DNA of 34,668 nucleotides from Octopus bimaculoides (lineage: Eukaryota). Location of the stretch: NCBI RefSeq assembly GCF_001194135.2, contig NC_068983.1, positions 130,548,989-130,583,656 of the forward strand, given 5' to 3'. The translations under genes and the position numbers were made by a program. Shown here piece after piece: positions 21,410 to 32,030 of this stretch. The first letter of the stretch is position 1, and each line of letters opens with the position of its first letter. The notes below the pieces were generated by a model. The model had not been told where the DNA came from. It saw only the letters and a list, made by a program, of their open reading frames with translations, and searched no databases.

Positions 21410-21495
<86 letters not shown>
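21410..21495. repeat. (TC)n microsatellite
   Basis: Directly visible, ~43 units. Confidence 0.97.
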
Positions 21496-21497
<2 letters not shown>

Positions 21498-22174
21498 GTC
21501 GCAGCCCTATTGAAAATGACAGCATAATAATTATTTTGCTTTTTTACCAATTTAGTGTCATTCTATTTATTCAGGAAATGCTCCAGCGAAGGCAATTTTC
21601 CTTTGAGTTTAAAAAAATATTTCGGAACTATTTTCGAGGTAAACATTCAGCCAATGTATATCTGGCGTTTATTTAATAATTTTCTCTCTCCGAATTTTGG
21701 TAGTTCTATATATCTGCAATGCAGAATTTAGTTCCAAGATATCCCTATGTTTAAATTTCATCCATATTGCCAGATATTTTTTTCTTTCCTACTATTTAAT
21801 ATCATTAGATAATATTTCTACGGCTGTTTTCTATTAATTCTAACTAATTATGAGGTCATTCCGGAGAAAAAGTTGTCGTCAGTATTTTTATAATCTTTTT
21901 CTTTTTTTACTGTTCGCTATGTTGTCTTCAGTTCGAAAACATACCATCATAATTATATGATGTATTATGAAAAAAATTAGACGACAGCATTCATGAGAGA
22001 TAATGAAACTAATTAACTAATTAGACATTAAAATTATTGCCGTATTGAATGCTGTAACAAACTATAAAATAATAAACGAAATAACCTGAATCTGTCTCTG
22101 TCTCTTTAATCTCATTAAATTCATTAGCTAAAACTGCAGTCAACTGATTTGTACAATCTACATTATACGCATTT

Positions 22175-22260
22175 CAGGTGTGTGCATGTGGTTAAAAAGT
22201 TTATTTCTCAACCAATTAAGGGTCGTTCGATTCCACTGCAGGACATCTCATGCAAGTGCG
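22175..22260 (+). mobile_element. Fragment of a third tRNA-derived SINE head type
   Basis: CAGGTGTGTGCATGTGGTTAAAAAGTTT...GGTCGTTCGATTCCACTGC: degenerate A box and GTTCGATTCC B box. Confidence 0.45.
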
Positions 22261-22528
22261 TAGTTAAAAATTTGAGTCGGTCGAAATCGTGATTTTTTGG
22301 AAAAATGCTGATGAATAATTTCGTCACTAATCAGGCTTTCTTGCTAAGTGCGAACGGTAAAGTGACAATAAAAGACGACGTACTCAATACAGTGTGTCAG
22401 ATATTACTGGTTGTGATAATTTTCATTTATCAGTATTGATCACTTGAAATAGAGCGCCTTAACCAAGCGATAGCTATTACTATTAGGCAGATATATCCTT
22501 CCAATGATTTATGAAATTTGCAATACTA

Positions 22529-23826
22529 TTAGGTTGTTCCGAAAATATTGACCGATCTAAGTGTCGTGTTTTGAAACTTACAAGTCTATCATAGCATATT
22601 CATTATATCTTAAGTGAATTTCAACATACTTAATAATTGATGTATATTCTTTAATAATTTTCTACTTATTTCAGACAGAAAACAGTCTTGAATCATAGGC
22701 GCCCTTCATAATGAACGTATAAAAAAAAAAAAAATGACTATCGCTTACTTTCCTTGCATGAGTTCAAGTTTGGGCACTATATACCTCCCAAACTGCTGCC
22801 AATATCAACAGAGCACGGGGAGAAGGGTCGGTTCACAATTGATCGCACAGCACGAAGGTGGTTTCAGAAATACCGTAGTGGTGATGAAGGCTTTGTAAAT
22901 AAAGGTGAAGGACGATCGTGCAGTCTTGATATTAAGCAATTGAAACCAATTGTTCAACAAAGCCTACATCAAAGTGTCAGAGAAATGTCTCAGGCACTTG
23001 GTGTCGGTATTGCAACGGTCTCACACAATCTGCAGAAGATTGGTAAGGTGAAAAAGCCAGATAAATGAATACCGCATGATCTCAATGAAAATCAAAAACT
23101 TCGGCGTCTTGAAGTGTGCCCGATGCTCTTTCTGCGAAACACCATTGATCCCTTCTTGACCGAATAGTCACTTATGATGAGAAGCGGATCCTTTATGATA
23201 ACCGCAAACGATCTGATCTCTGACTTTATCGTGATGAGTCTCCCAAATATTTCCCGAAGCCAAAGTTGCATCAACAAATGATTATGGTAACTGTCTGGTG
23301 GTCTGCAATTGGTGTTATCCATTACAGCTTTTTGGAATCCAGTCAGAGCATTACAGCAGAGGTTACTGAAATCAACTCGCTGAAATGCATGATCACTTGC
23401 AAAAAATGAGACCTGCATTGGCGAATCGTCGTGGCCCAACTCTGCTCCACGATAATACAAAGCCACGTGTTGTAAGAATGTCGTATCAGAAACTCACAGA
23501 CTTGTTACTCGTGACTTTACCACACCACATCCTCTATATTATCTTGATCTTTCACCCACTGACTATCATCTTTAAAGCATTTGGACACATTCTTAAGTGA
23601 TAAAACTTTACGGTCCAAACTAGAGGTGGAATCAGCTTTCAATGATTTCTTAGCATCAAAGCCAATAAGTTTTTATCAACGAGGCATAGATAATCTCGTT
23701 GATCAATAGCAGAGATGAATAGATGTTTACGGCTCATACTTTGACTAATCAAAATATTTCTATTGTTATTATTTCCAGAATAAAATTAGGTTTCTGAAAG
23801 CGGCCATTATTTGCGAAACAACCTAA
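22529..23826 (+). mobile_element. Full-length (1298 bp) mariner DNA transposon, cecropia/Hsmar1-like, non-functional
   Basis: 26-bp TIRs TTAGGTTGTTCCGAAAATATTGACCG and (reverse complement) TTAGGTTGTTTCGCAAATAATGGCCG, 22/26 identical. TA TSD at 22527-22528 and 23827-23828. Confidence 0.95.
22711..23748 (+). pseudogene. DD34D mariner transposase pseudogene
   Basis: RRWFQKYRSGD (HTH), *IPHDL (WVPHEL-like), RIVTYDEKRILYDN, KPKLHQQMIMVTVWW, LLHDNTKPR, LDLSPTDYHL, GSYFD*. Multiple stops and frameshifts plus an A14 run near the start. Confidence 0.92.
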
Positions 23827-26800
23827 TATGAGGGAATTATTATAGTTAACCTATTCTGTTTTGATTTGGAAGTGATTTCATAAAAGAATGTTATGTATGG
23901 CAATAAAATCATTAAAAAAAACTTGGATCCTTATATATGTATCGTAGTGTTTCTATAAAATTAGAAAATATTTCAGATGAATGTACATAGTGCCATCTTT
24001 GTATGGGTGTACGCGATAGATTTTTGACGTCGTTGCAAATTATTTGAATAGTTTCGGTTTCTTGTCTTTCATTTCTGAACGTATTAAGAGAGAATAGGGG
24101 AAAATCTTCCTATTGGGAACTAACGGAGAATATATGTTAACTGTATTTATTAGACATGTTAGAATGCTCGATATACATGTCTACTCAATGGTAGATTTAT
24201 GCCATAGCTGAGCCCGCATTAGAAATGTGAAAATAATTACTCATTCCACATTATTATTGTATTATTGTAACACTACATCAGCGTATGGGATTCTTAGTAG
24301 GAAAAGCATTACTAGTCAATTATTTATTGAATATTTGAGAATTTGACCGGATTTTGTGGAAGAAATTGCTGTTACCAGGACAATTAAATCATTATCATTT
24401 CATCTGTTTTCCCCTCAAGCATTATATTATCGAATACACAAATTGAATAATATACTCAGTCAGCAAATTGTGACTTCATGGATATTTGACCACTTCTAAC
24501 GGGTAGATTGACTGAGGTATAGTTCCCTGTTGCTTCATTAGTAGGTAACACGAGTATTGTAATCTCTTGGACGACATAGTACAATACACAGAGGAAACAA
24601 CTGCATATCTATTTCAAAGCTGTATGTGTGGTGTTTTAACATTTCTACGCATCATATGATATTCAGTAATAAAGTCATCTTTACATGTTGAAAAAATAGG
24701 CAATAGGTATAAATTGCTTTACAACATTAATTATGCTTTACAACATTAATTTTCCTTTCTCACAAATGAAGTCGATCAAGTGCAGAGCCATTCAACTAAT
24801 GAGGGCTGGTGTTAATACAATTATAGTGTTCTTACATTACCGTCTTCAACAACGGCTTGTGGTACTTGTGCTTCAAGAGTACATGAGAGTGTACACAACA
24901 ATGAACGCAGCCCTACTCTCTGAAGAAGAACACATACTATTAAGTTTCAGAAACGATGCCTCATAAACCCTAGGAGTAACGTAATATATTTTATGTCCAT
25001 CTGAAGTATATTTTTGCAAGAGGAAATATTATTTAAAATCGGTGCACTGTAGGTATTGTATAAACACACATACATAAACAAGACCGCACGCATGCATATG
25101 CACACACACACACATAAACACACATACACACACATACACACAAACATAATGAAATATTTTATTTAAATAATTAATGCGTATCTCAAAATCGTATAAAATA
25201 TTTCACTGGCATTTAGGTATCGCTGAATAAATATGATATTACTATTTAAGTTTCTTCATTTCTTATTCATTAGTTAAAATAATTTGGTTGAAAATATTCT
25301 GATTCTGAACTGAATTTCGTAATAAAATTCACTGATAGTTAGATTCATTATTATATCTAGTTTTATCTCCACACGTTATTGAACCGAACTTGGATAATTT
25401 GGTGGCATCAAATCAGCTACGAATATTAAGAAATTAAAGAGTGGTTAGTTACTAAAATATAAGAAATAAATAGCTCCACAGCTTTCCCGTCTGAAAGTCA
25501 ATCCTTTTCAGACGTTTATTGTATGGAATATCTTCTTACAATATTCTAGACCTTGTGGAGACGAAAGTTATTAATCTAATATCTGGGTATTATTTCAAAA
25601 TCTTTTCCTATTAAATCCTGAAATAATAACCATCTACATAGGAACTCGAGATTCCTATTCGAAATCTTTTCGCGTTTTCTATTATTTCTTTGTTATAATG
25701 TCTGGATATGTTGATGCTTTTGTTTCTTTTTTATATTAATTCAGCGTATCTCTTTTATTTCTAAAAATATTGTTAACACGGTGTAAGCGAATACGTTTAA
25801 TGTCCCTTCTGAATATTTTCTTATGAAAGATAAATAATACTATTTTAGCGCAACATTGTTTTCTTTGCTTTTGACATTTTTTTCTTATATAGTCATGTCT
25901 TTTAATCAAATTACTGTTTTATTCATAGGTATTTAATGAATTTCTATCATTTGTATAGATTCATATCTTTTCATAATATTTCCCTCTTTCTATCTTCTAT
26001 AAAACTATAATATCGTGTAATAAATTTCGTACTTCAAAAGCAATTAAATATTATATGAAATACTTAGGGAAAACATTTAATTGTTCAAGAGCTTCAGTGA
26101 TATTTCTGATAATATGTTTTAATCATTCTTTGTATTGTTATACCACATTTCATTTAGACTTGAAAATAGTCTCGGTGATTTCATTCTCTATATATTCTAT
26201 ATTGTATTTCGGTCAGCCTACAATACTTATATCATTTTTCTCCTGAACCGGTGTATAATTCCCTAGAATTTGAACAATTACACACATACCATTTATATGT
26301 TCACACTACGTCTACAATAAAATACGTGTTGCTCAATATGGTTAACTTCTAAGTATCGAAAGCATAAATTTCCAGCATAAAATATCAAGGAGATTAAATA
26401 CGACATAGTTTATAATCTTACTCTTGTTCGTTTTGCTCCCGTCGGTTCTTGATTTTGACCACACATGACTGAACCGCGCGTTGTTTATAATTTCGTATTT
26501 CTCAATCATTTCCTGCTGAAATATCTCCGCACTTGCACAAACGTTTATATTTTCTTGAAGACAATATTATTTCACATTGATTTCTCTGCACAATTTATTA
26601 CATTACTAAAAAGATTTTTTTTTTAAATCTGAAATGATACAAAAAGTAAATTATACTAACCATCTGGGTTAGAAAGTAAATCATTTCTGACACAGTGCTG
26701 ATTCCCGCAATCAGTGGGAGGGCCTAAAACTGAGATCCAAAGTGGGTTGTTCAGCATACACCACTGTCCTTGACAGTGTCCATAGGAAGACTATATGTTT

Positions 26801-27131
26801 ATTTAGAAAAGTTTTTTTTTATAATCACCACACATCATCTAATTCTCTCTCTCGACAAAGACCTCGTTTTCTATTCCTGTCCTGTACAAAAATTTATTCT
26901 GTCTGAAGGTAGAAACTACTTTCTACTTTGTATCAATCTAACATTTCCTTTAAAGCTATACCTGCAATCTTTCCATCCTAAAGCATCGTTCCTCTATGAT
27001 TCCATCCTCAACCCAATCGTACTTATCTTTTTAAAGATATCTTTATTGACGTAATTTTGATCATTATTTTCTTAACGTTACTGTAAATTACCTAAAGACA
27101 GTTTATTGTATGTATGTGCGTGTGTGCGCAT

Positions 27132-27860
27132 AATTACTTAATGAATAAAAATTCGAAAATGTTTATATAGATATTACCATTAATTATTATCATTAGTAAA
27201 ATGAATAATAACAAAAGTAATAGAGGTGGCTAAAAAGCAAAAGCCGATAAATAGCAAATCCAAAATTTTATAATTAATTTATTATTATAATAGGACACAT
27301 ACGGTGCCAGCCTCGTTGTGAAAATCAGAGTAAAAGAAATCCTCTAAGAAAAACACCAATCACTAGAAAAATAACAAGCACGACAGAAATCGGGCTACGA
27401 GCAAAGAGATTAACTTACCATCTCGGCAGAAAACCGTAGAATGAGGAAATAGATATCCCTGGATCAATCCATTTCAAATTTAGAGAGTTTACTTCCCTTA
27501 ATTCTCAGCATAAGGTCTCACTATAATCCTTGGGTTAAAATTTTGATCGATTCGATGTACTTGATAACCGTTGAGAAACTAGCGCGAAATTCAAACGAGG
27601 TATCAGTGTATAAAATTACTAAATGAATAAATATTCGAAAATATTTATATAGTTATTACCATGAAGTATTATCGTCAGTAAAACTAATAATAACAACAAT
27701 AATATAGGTTGCCAACAAGCAAATCCGATAAATGGCAAATCCAAAATTGTGTAATTAATTTATAATTATATTAAAGCACACGTGGTGCTAGGATTGTTGT
27801 GAAAATCAGAGTCGAAAAATCCTCTAAGAAACCACCAGTGACTGGGAAAATAACAAGCAC
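27132..27860. repeat. Two diverged ~250-bp direct repeats (27132-27381 and 27614-27860) separated by ~230 bp of unique sequence
   Basis: Shared blocks include ATTCGAAAAT, CAAATCCAAAATT, TTGTGAAAATCAGAGT, AATCCTCTAAGAAA and AAAATAACAAGCAC, at a near-constant offset of ~480. Confidence 0.9.
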
Positions 27861-28304
27861 ATAAATTTAGCTTCTGCTTTTCATTTCCGTCAACTATATA
27901 GCAATAGTTGTAACCAATTCTGTTTCTTTCAGCTGCCCTCCTCATCGAATATACACCCCTTTTTCCCTTATACGCACACCGACATACACATTAATTTAAC
28001 CTTCGAAATTTGGTTCAATAGAAACAGAAGTTGATATTTCAAATATATGAGGTCAAAAAGAGAATAACGTCTGAAATCGACCTCACGGATACACACGCGT
28101 CGCTGAATACGTACTGTCATAAACACACACACTCACACAATATGCAGACACGCTCACAAGGGACACACACAGGCATATTTACATAAGGAACCTTTAAAAC
28201 GCCCATGAAGAGAAACAATACGTAGTTTTAAGAAGGGAGGGTGTAAGTTGACAACAATGGATGACAAGTGGAATCTTTTCTGCTGTTCATCCAATATAAG
28301 CACA

Positions 28305-28400
28305 CACATCCATACACACAAACACACACACACATACACACACACACACACACATACACACACACACACACACACAAAAACACATATATATACATACACA
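28305..28400. repeat. (CA)n/(TA)n microsatellite
   Basis: Directly visible. Confidence 0.9.
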
Positions 28401-28887
28401 TGCGTACATAAATACGTGCATAATTATTGCAGAAAAATGTTACCAAGTTCTAAATTTTAATCATTTNNNNNNNNNNNNNNNNNNNNNNNNNNNNNNNNNN
28501 NNNNNNNNNNNNNNNNNNNNNNNNNNNNNNNNNNNNNNNNNNNNNNNNNNNNNNNNNNNNNNNNNNNNNNNNNNNNNNNNNNNNNNNNNNNNNNNNNNNN
28601 NNNNNNNNNNNNNNNNNNNNNNNNNNNNNNNNNNNNNNNNNNNNNNNNNNNNNNNNNNNNNNNNTTTTTTTTTTTTTTTTTTTTTCTTTCAAACATGAAT
28701 TCAATAATAAGAGTAGCAGAATTTAGGTTATTATCTCTTAGGGTAAATTGTCAAGATTTTTTCCGTTTCAGATTGTATGATTGCATTTTCAGAGTAGCAG
28801 GATTCAGAGCTTTTATTTTCAAGCACGTTGACAAGAATAGTGGCTGAATTGCAGGTTTTATTTTTATTTAGCATGAATTTCGACAAA

Positions 28888-28919
28888 CCAATGCGTCTAC
28901 CTTACGGTAGACGCATTGG
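28888..28919. other. Perfect GC-rich hairpin, 14-bp stem and 4-nt loop
   Basis: CCAATGCGTCTACC-TTAC-GGTAGACGCATTGG. The loop is GTAA (GNRA type) on the minus strand. Confidence 0.95.
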
Positions 28920-29170
28920 GTATTTTTCTATTTCTAGATCATTTTTTATATTAGCCGATGCAATAAAAACCTGTCCAGGTAACATTTTTCTTCTCTTTAG
29001 AAATTAAGAAAAAATGTGAAAATTAAAAAATACAACATAAAATTCTTATTTTAATTCAATCAGGACAATGAAAAAGAATTCAAATAATTTTTTAACAAAA
29101 ATGTATTTATTAGGTTTATTGCATTGCCTAGAAAAAGTGGATTACATTAACATATGAAGGAAGGCGCATG

Positions 29171-30229
29171 CATGTTGATATTCTTAAGTTATTACACCTA
29201 GAAAAGTACAGAACAAGATTCTTACAGTAGAATTTGCCTAATTCGTTTGCTCTAAAGGGAACTAAGAAGTGCTTAGAGTTTAAATTCAGTTATACTTAAA
29301 ATATTGCAGCTGAGAATAACAGTTTAAAAATTAGAATAGATTCTATTAGGCAAATTTGAGATAATTTGATTTATTTATTCTAAGAATCTAAAAAACAAGT
29401 AAATCTTTAAAATCATGGTACAAAAATAATCAAGAATAAATTTAAACAAAAAACTTTAATCATGTCTTTTGAAATATGCAATTAAAATATTTATTTTATT
29501 TAATTGTATCAAGTACAAACAATAAAATATGAAGTTGTAAATAATATCGCAAAAGATTTTTTTCACTTCAATTGAAATCCCATTACCAAAAAAAAAAAAT
29601 GATCGCAGTAGGATGATCATTAAATTGTTTCAAATCAACCATATGTTCAGTCAGTTCTTCCAGATTAACAAAAAAGAATTAACCTGACAAATAAATAAGT
29701 AAAATTTATAAGTTAGCATTAATGCACCAGAATTAGCCTAATTCGTCTTTGGCTTACTCGTTATTTCACCTAATTCATTACTTTCAATTTTCTCATAGTA
29801 ACAACTAATTAGGTGAATTGTACTGTATTTTTTAAAAAGTAATTTCTATCTTATTTCATTTATAAAAAAGTTCTTTCCTTAAATGCTCAAAATTACAGAC
29901 TTAAATAATTTTGCTTAAATAACTTTTTCCTGAAAATAATAAAAATTACTAGGCCCACACATGAAATGTATCTGAAGATAAACCCCATAGGCTTAAAATT
30001 TGGTATTTTCTTTTTGTGGGAGGAAACCCCAGTAATGTTCTTTAGAATTTTTGTTTTAATAAAAGGTAGTAATTTTTTTTAAATATTATTCTCGACTGCA
30101 ATATTTTAAGTAGAGTAGAATTTTAATTCCAAGTACTTTTTAGATCACAGGTGACGAATTAGGCGTATTCGTTAGTAGAAAACTTGCTCTGTACTTTTGT
30201 AGGTCGTATTACTTAAGAATATTAACATG
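29171..30229. mobile_element. Non-autonomous DNA transposon-like element (~1.06 kb) with ~160-bp imperfect TIRs
   Basis: The left end (CATGTTGATATTCTTAAGT...AAAAGTACAGAACAAG...GCCTAATTCGT...TACTTAAAATATTGCAGCTGAGAATAA, 29171-~29332) matches the reverse complement of ~30070-30229. AT-rich interior with no ORF. Flanks are TG (left) and TA (right), compatible with a mutated TA TSD. Confidence 0.8.
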
Positions 30230-30230
30230 T

Positions 30231-30286
30231 ATATATGCATCTATCTAATTATCTAATTATATATGCATCTATCTAATTATCTAATT
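30231..30286. repeat. Perfect 28-bp tandem duplication ATATATGCATCTATCTAATTATCTAATT x2
   Basis: Units at 30231 and 30259, directly abutting the right TIR. Confidence 0.95.
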
Positions 30287-30881
30287 ATATATCTATCTAT
30301 CTATCTCTTTACAAACGTACATATATATATGCACACATGAACATATTTTCATTATTTTGTACATTGAGTTCGAATTTCTCAATTTTTATACCCTATTAAG
30401 CGTTCATTTTATCTACTATCTTTCACACTTATTCCCTGCCCTCCCATTTTATTTACATAGATCTCTCTACTCGTAAGTTAATTAATTCCACATTACCAGT
30501 AACCATATTTTGTTTCCCTAGCAATACGTTTTACCATAACGTACAATTACTTTGTCTTATCACATGGTTTGCTATTTTTATTGCGTTATGTATTTAGGAC
30601 TGCTTTTGATATAATCTGTTCATGTTCCTTTAGTGTTTTTTTTGTATTTCAATGTTCCTTTATACATTTCATGAAAGACTCCTATTAGCTGATATTCATA
30701 ACATTAGCAAAAGCTCTCTCTAAGATATCTTCAGAAAAAGAATATGGCATTAATTATGATATGAACAACCAATTAAATTCTTTTTGCAAATATAGAAAAC
30801 GCTCATTCGACTGAACCTTGTCACTAAAAATAACTGATGAAAGCAATGCACACGTTTGTAGGCTGATTTCTTGATTAATTA

Positions 30882-31132
30882 CTTGCTTCATGCTCCTGCT
30901 TCATGGAGCTGGATCATCCTAATCTAGTGATCCCAGATGCGTCGTTGTGCGTAGGATCGAAAGAGTCCACCAGTGCTCTCTATCCATTGCCAGCCCCTCT
31001 GTATCATTCAAGCTGACATCGAGCTTCTAGAGACCTTAAAAACTTCGAGTCATCTGAATCGGAGCCTGCCAAGCGACTCCGTGCTGCATAGTACGGGAGT
31101 AAGTTTCTGGTAAGATGATCTGGTCGGAGTTC
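30882..31132 (-). pseudogene. RTE-clade LINE, 3' end (ORF C-terminus, 3' UTR and short tandem-repeat tail)
   Basis: Reverse strand: DELRPDHLTRNLL...GRLRFR*LEVFK...KLDVSLNDTEGLAMDREHWWTL, matching the RTE GRPxxRW...LAxDRxxWR pattern. Tail CATGAAGCAGGAG-CATGAAGCAAG. Confidence 0.8.
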
Positions 31133-31487
31133 ATCGATATCATCCTATTCAACAACGGGATTGATCAGCTCAGCGAGGCACTATATACAGAGAGAAACCA
31201 GTAAAACTTGTCCTATGTATGAGTTGAGCGAAGAGCACCTTGATGTTTCTCGGTGATGTTCCGGACACTCCCCACCTCCATATAAGCCCCGACATCCTGG
31301 AGCTTCTCAGCTCGTTCTTCTATCTGAATCCACAGTCACCAACAATGGAGACATAAACTCCGAGATTAACCACAGGTGTAGTATGGCCACCGGGGTTATG
31401 TACGTCTTACGGAAGTCCAGTTGGCGCCACTACTCTATCTCCCGGAAGAAGAAGCTCTGCATTTACAACGCGTTAGTCCTCTCCGTA
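31133..31487 (+). pseudogene. RTE-clade LINE, RT motifs 5-7 segment, inverted relative to the adjacent 3' end
   Basis: DIILFNNGIDQLSEAL...S*AKSTLMFLGD...LELLSSFFYL(fs)STVTNNGDINSEINHRCSMATGVMYVLRKSSWRHYSISRKKKLCIYNALVLSV. Confidence 0.88.
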
Positions 31488-31888
31488 TCTGGCTCATTGC
31501 AATTTTCACAGAAAGAAGACAGATTTATAAAAGAGTCAGAGGAATGATGTGATCTTGATTATAAATGGCAACAAAATGGCCGGGGGGAAAATATCTTTAA
31601 ATAATTTTCTTTATACTCGATACAATGTGATGGGAAATCACATACGTAATATTGTTTGGTGGAAATCATAACTGAATTTGTGCAAGAAATTTGTGAGCAC
31701 AAATCTTCTTTTCAGTGTTTGGAAAACCTAAAATGATCAGGTAATGGACGATATCTCCAATAAGAGAAGTTACATGATAACTTTGGAAAGTATAGAAAAT
31801 GCATTCGAAAGTAGTTCGAGCGTTTCTTATTTGACAATTCATTCTAGCATTAAAATTTAGACTATCAGTCTATTATCCTTTACACTAT

Positions 31889-31905
31889 TACTACTACTAC
31901 TACTG

Positions 31906-32002
<97 letters not shown>

Positions 32003-32030
32003 TAGTGCTGCTGCTGCATCTACTACTACT
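31889..32030. repeat. (CTA)n trinucleotide microsatellite with a (CTG) interruption
   Basis: Directly visible; source of the poly-S and poly-V ORFs. Confidence 0.97.

Noticed and set aside
21872-21988. Imperfect ~23-bp inverted repeat suggesting a tiny MITE
   Set aside because: Short, needs gaps, mostly A/T, no TSD; plausible by chance
24733-24966. 77-aa ORF and a possible minus-strand exon
   Set aside because: No recognisable domain and only moderate splice signals
24910-24980. Type I hammerhead candidate (TACTCT-CTGAAGA...GAAAC...CTA-GGAGTA)
   Set aside because: Stem I pairs, but stem II lacks the closing G-C pair and stem III would need a C-C pair next to the cleavage triplet
31716-31740. 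Possible 25-nt exon (TTTTCAG|...CAG|GTAATG)
   Set aside because: Not a multiple of 3, stops in two frames, and no linkable neighbouring exon
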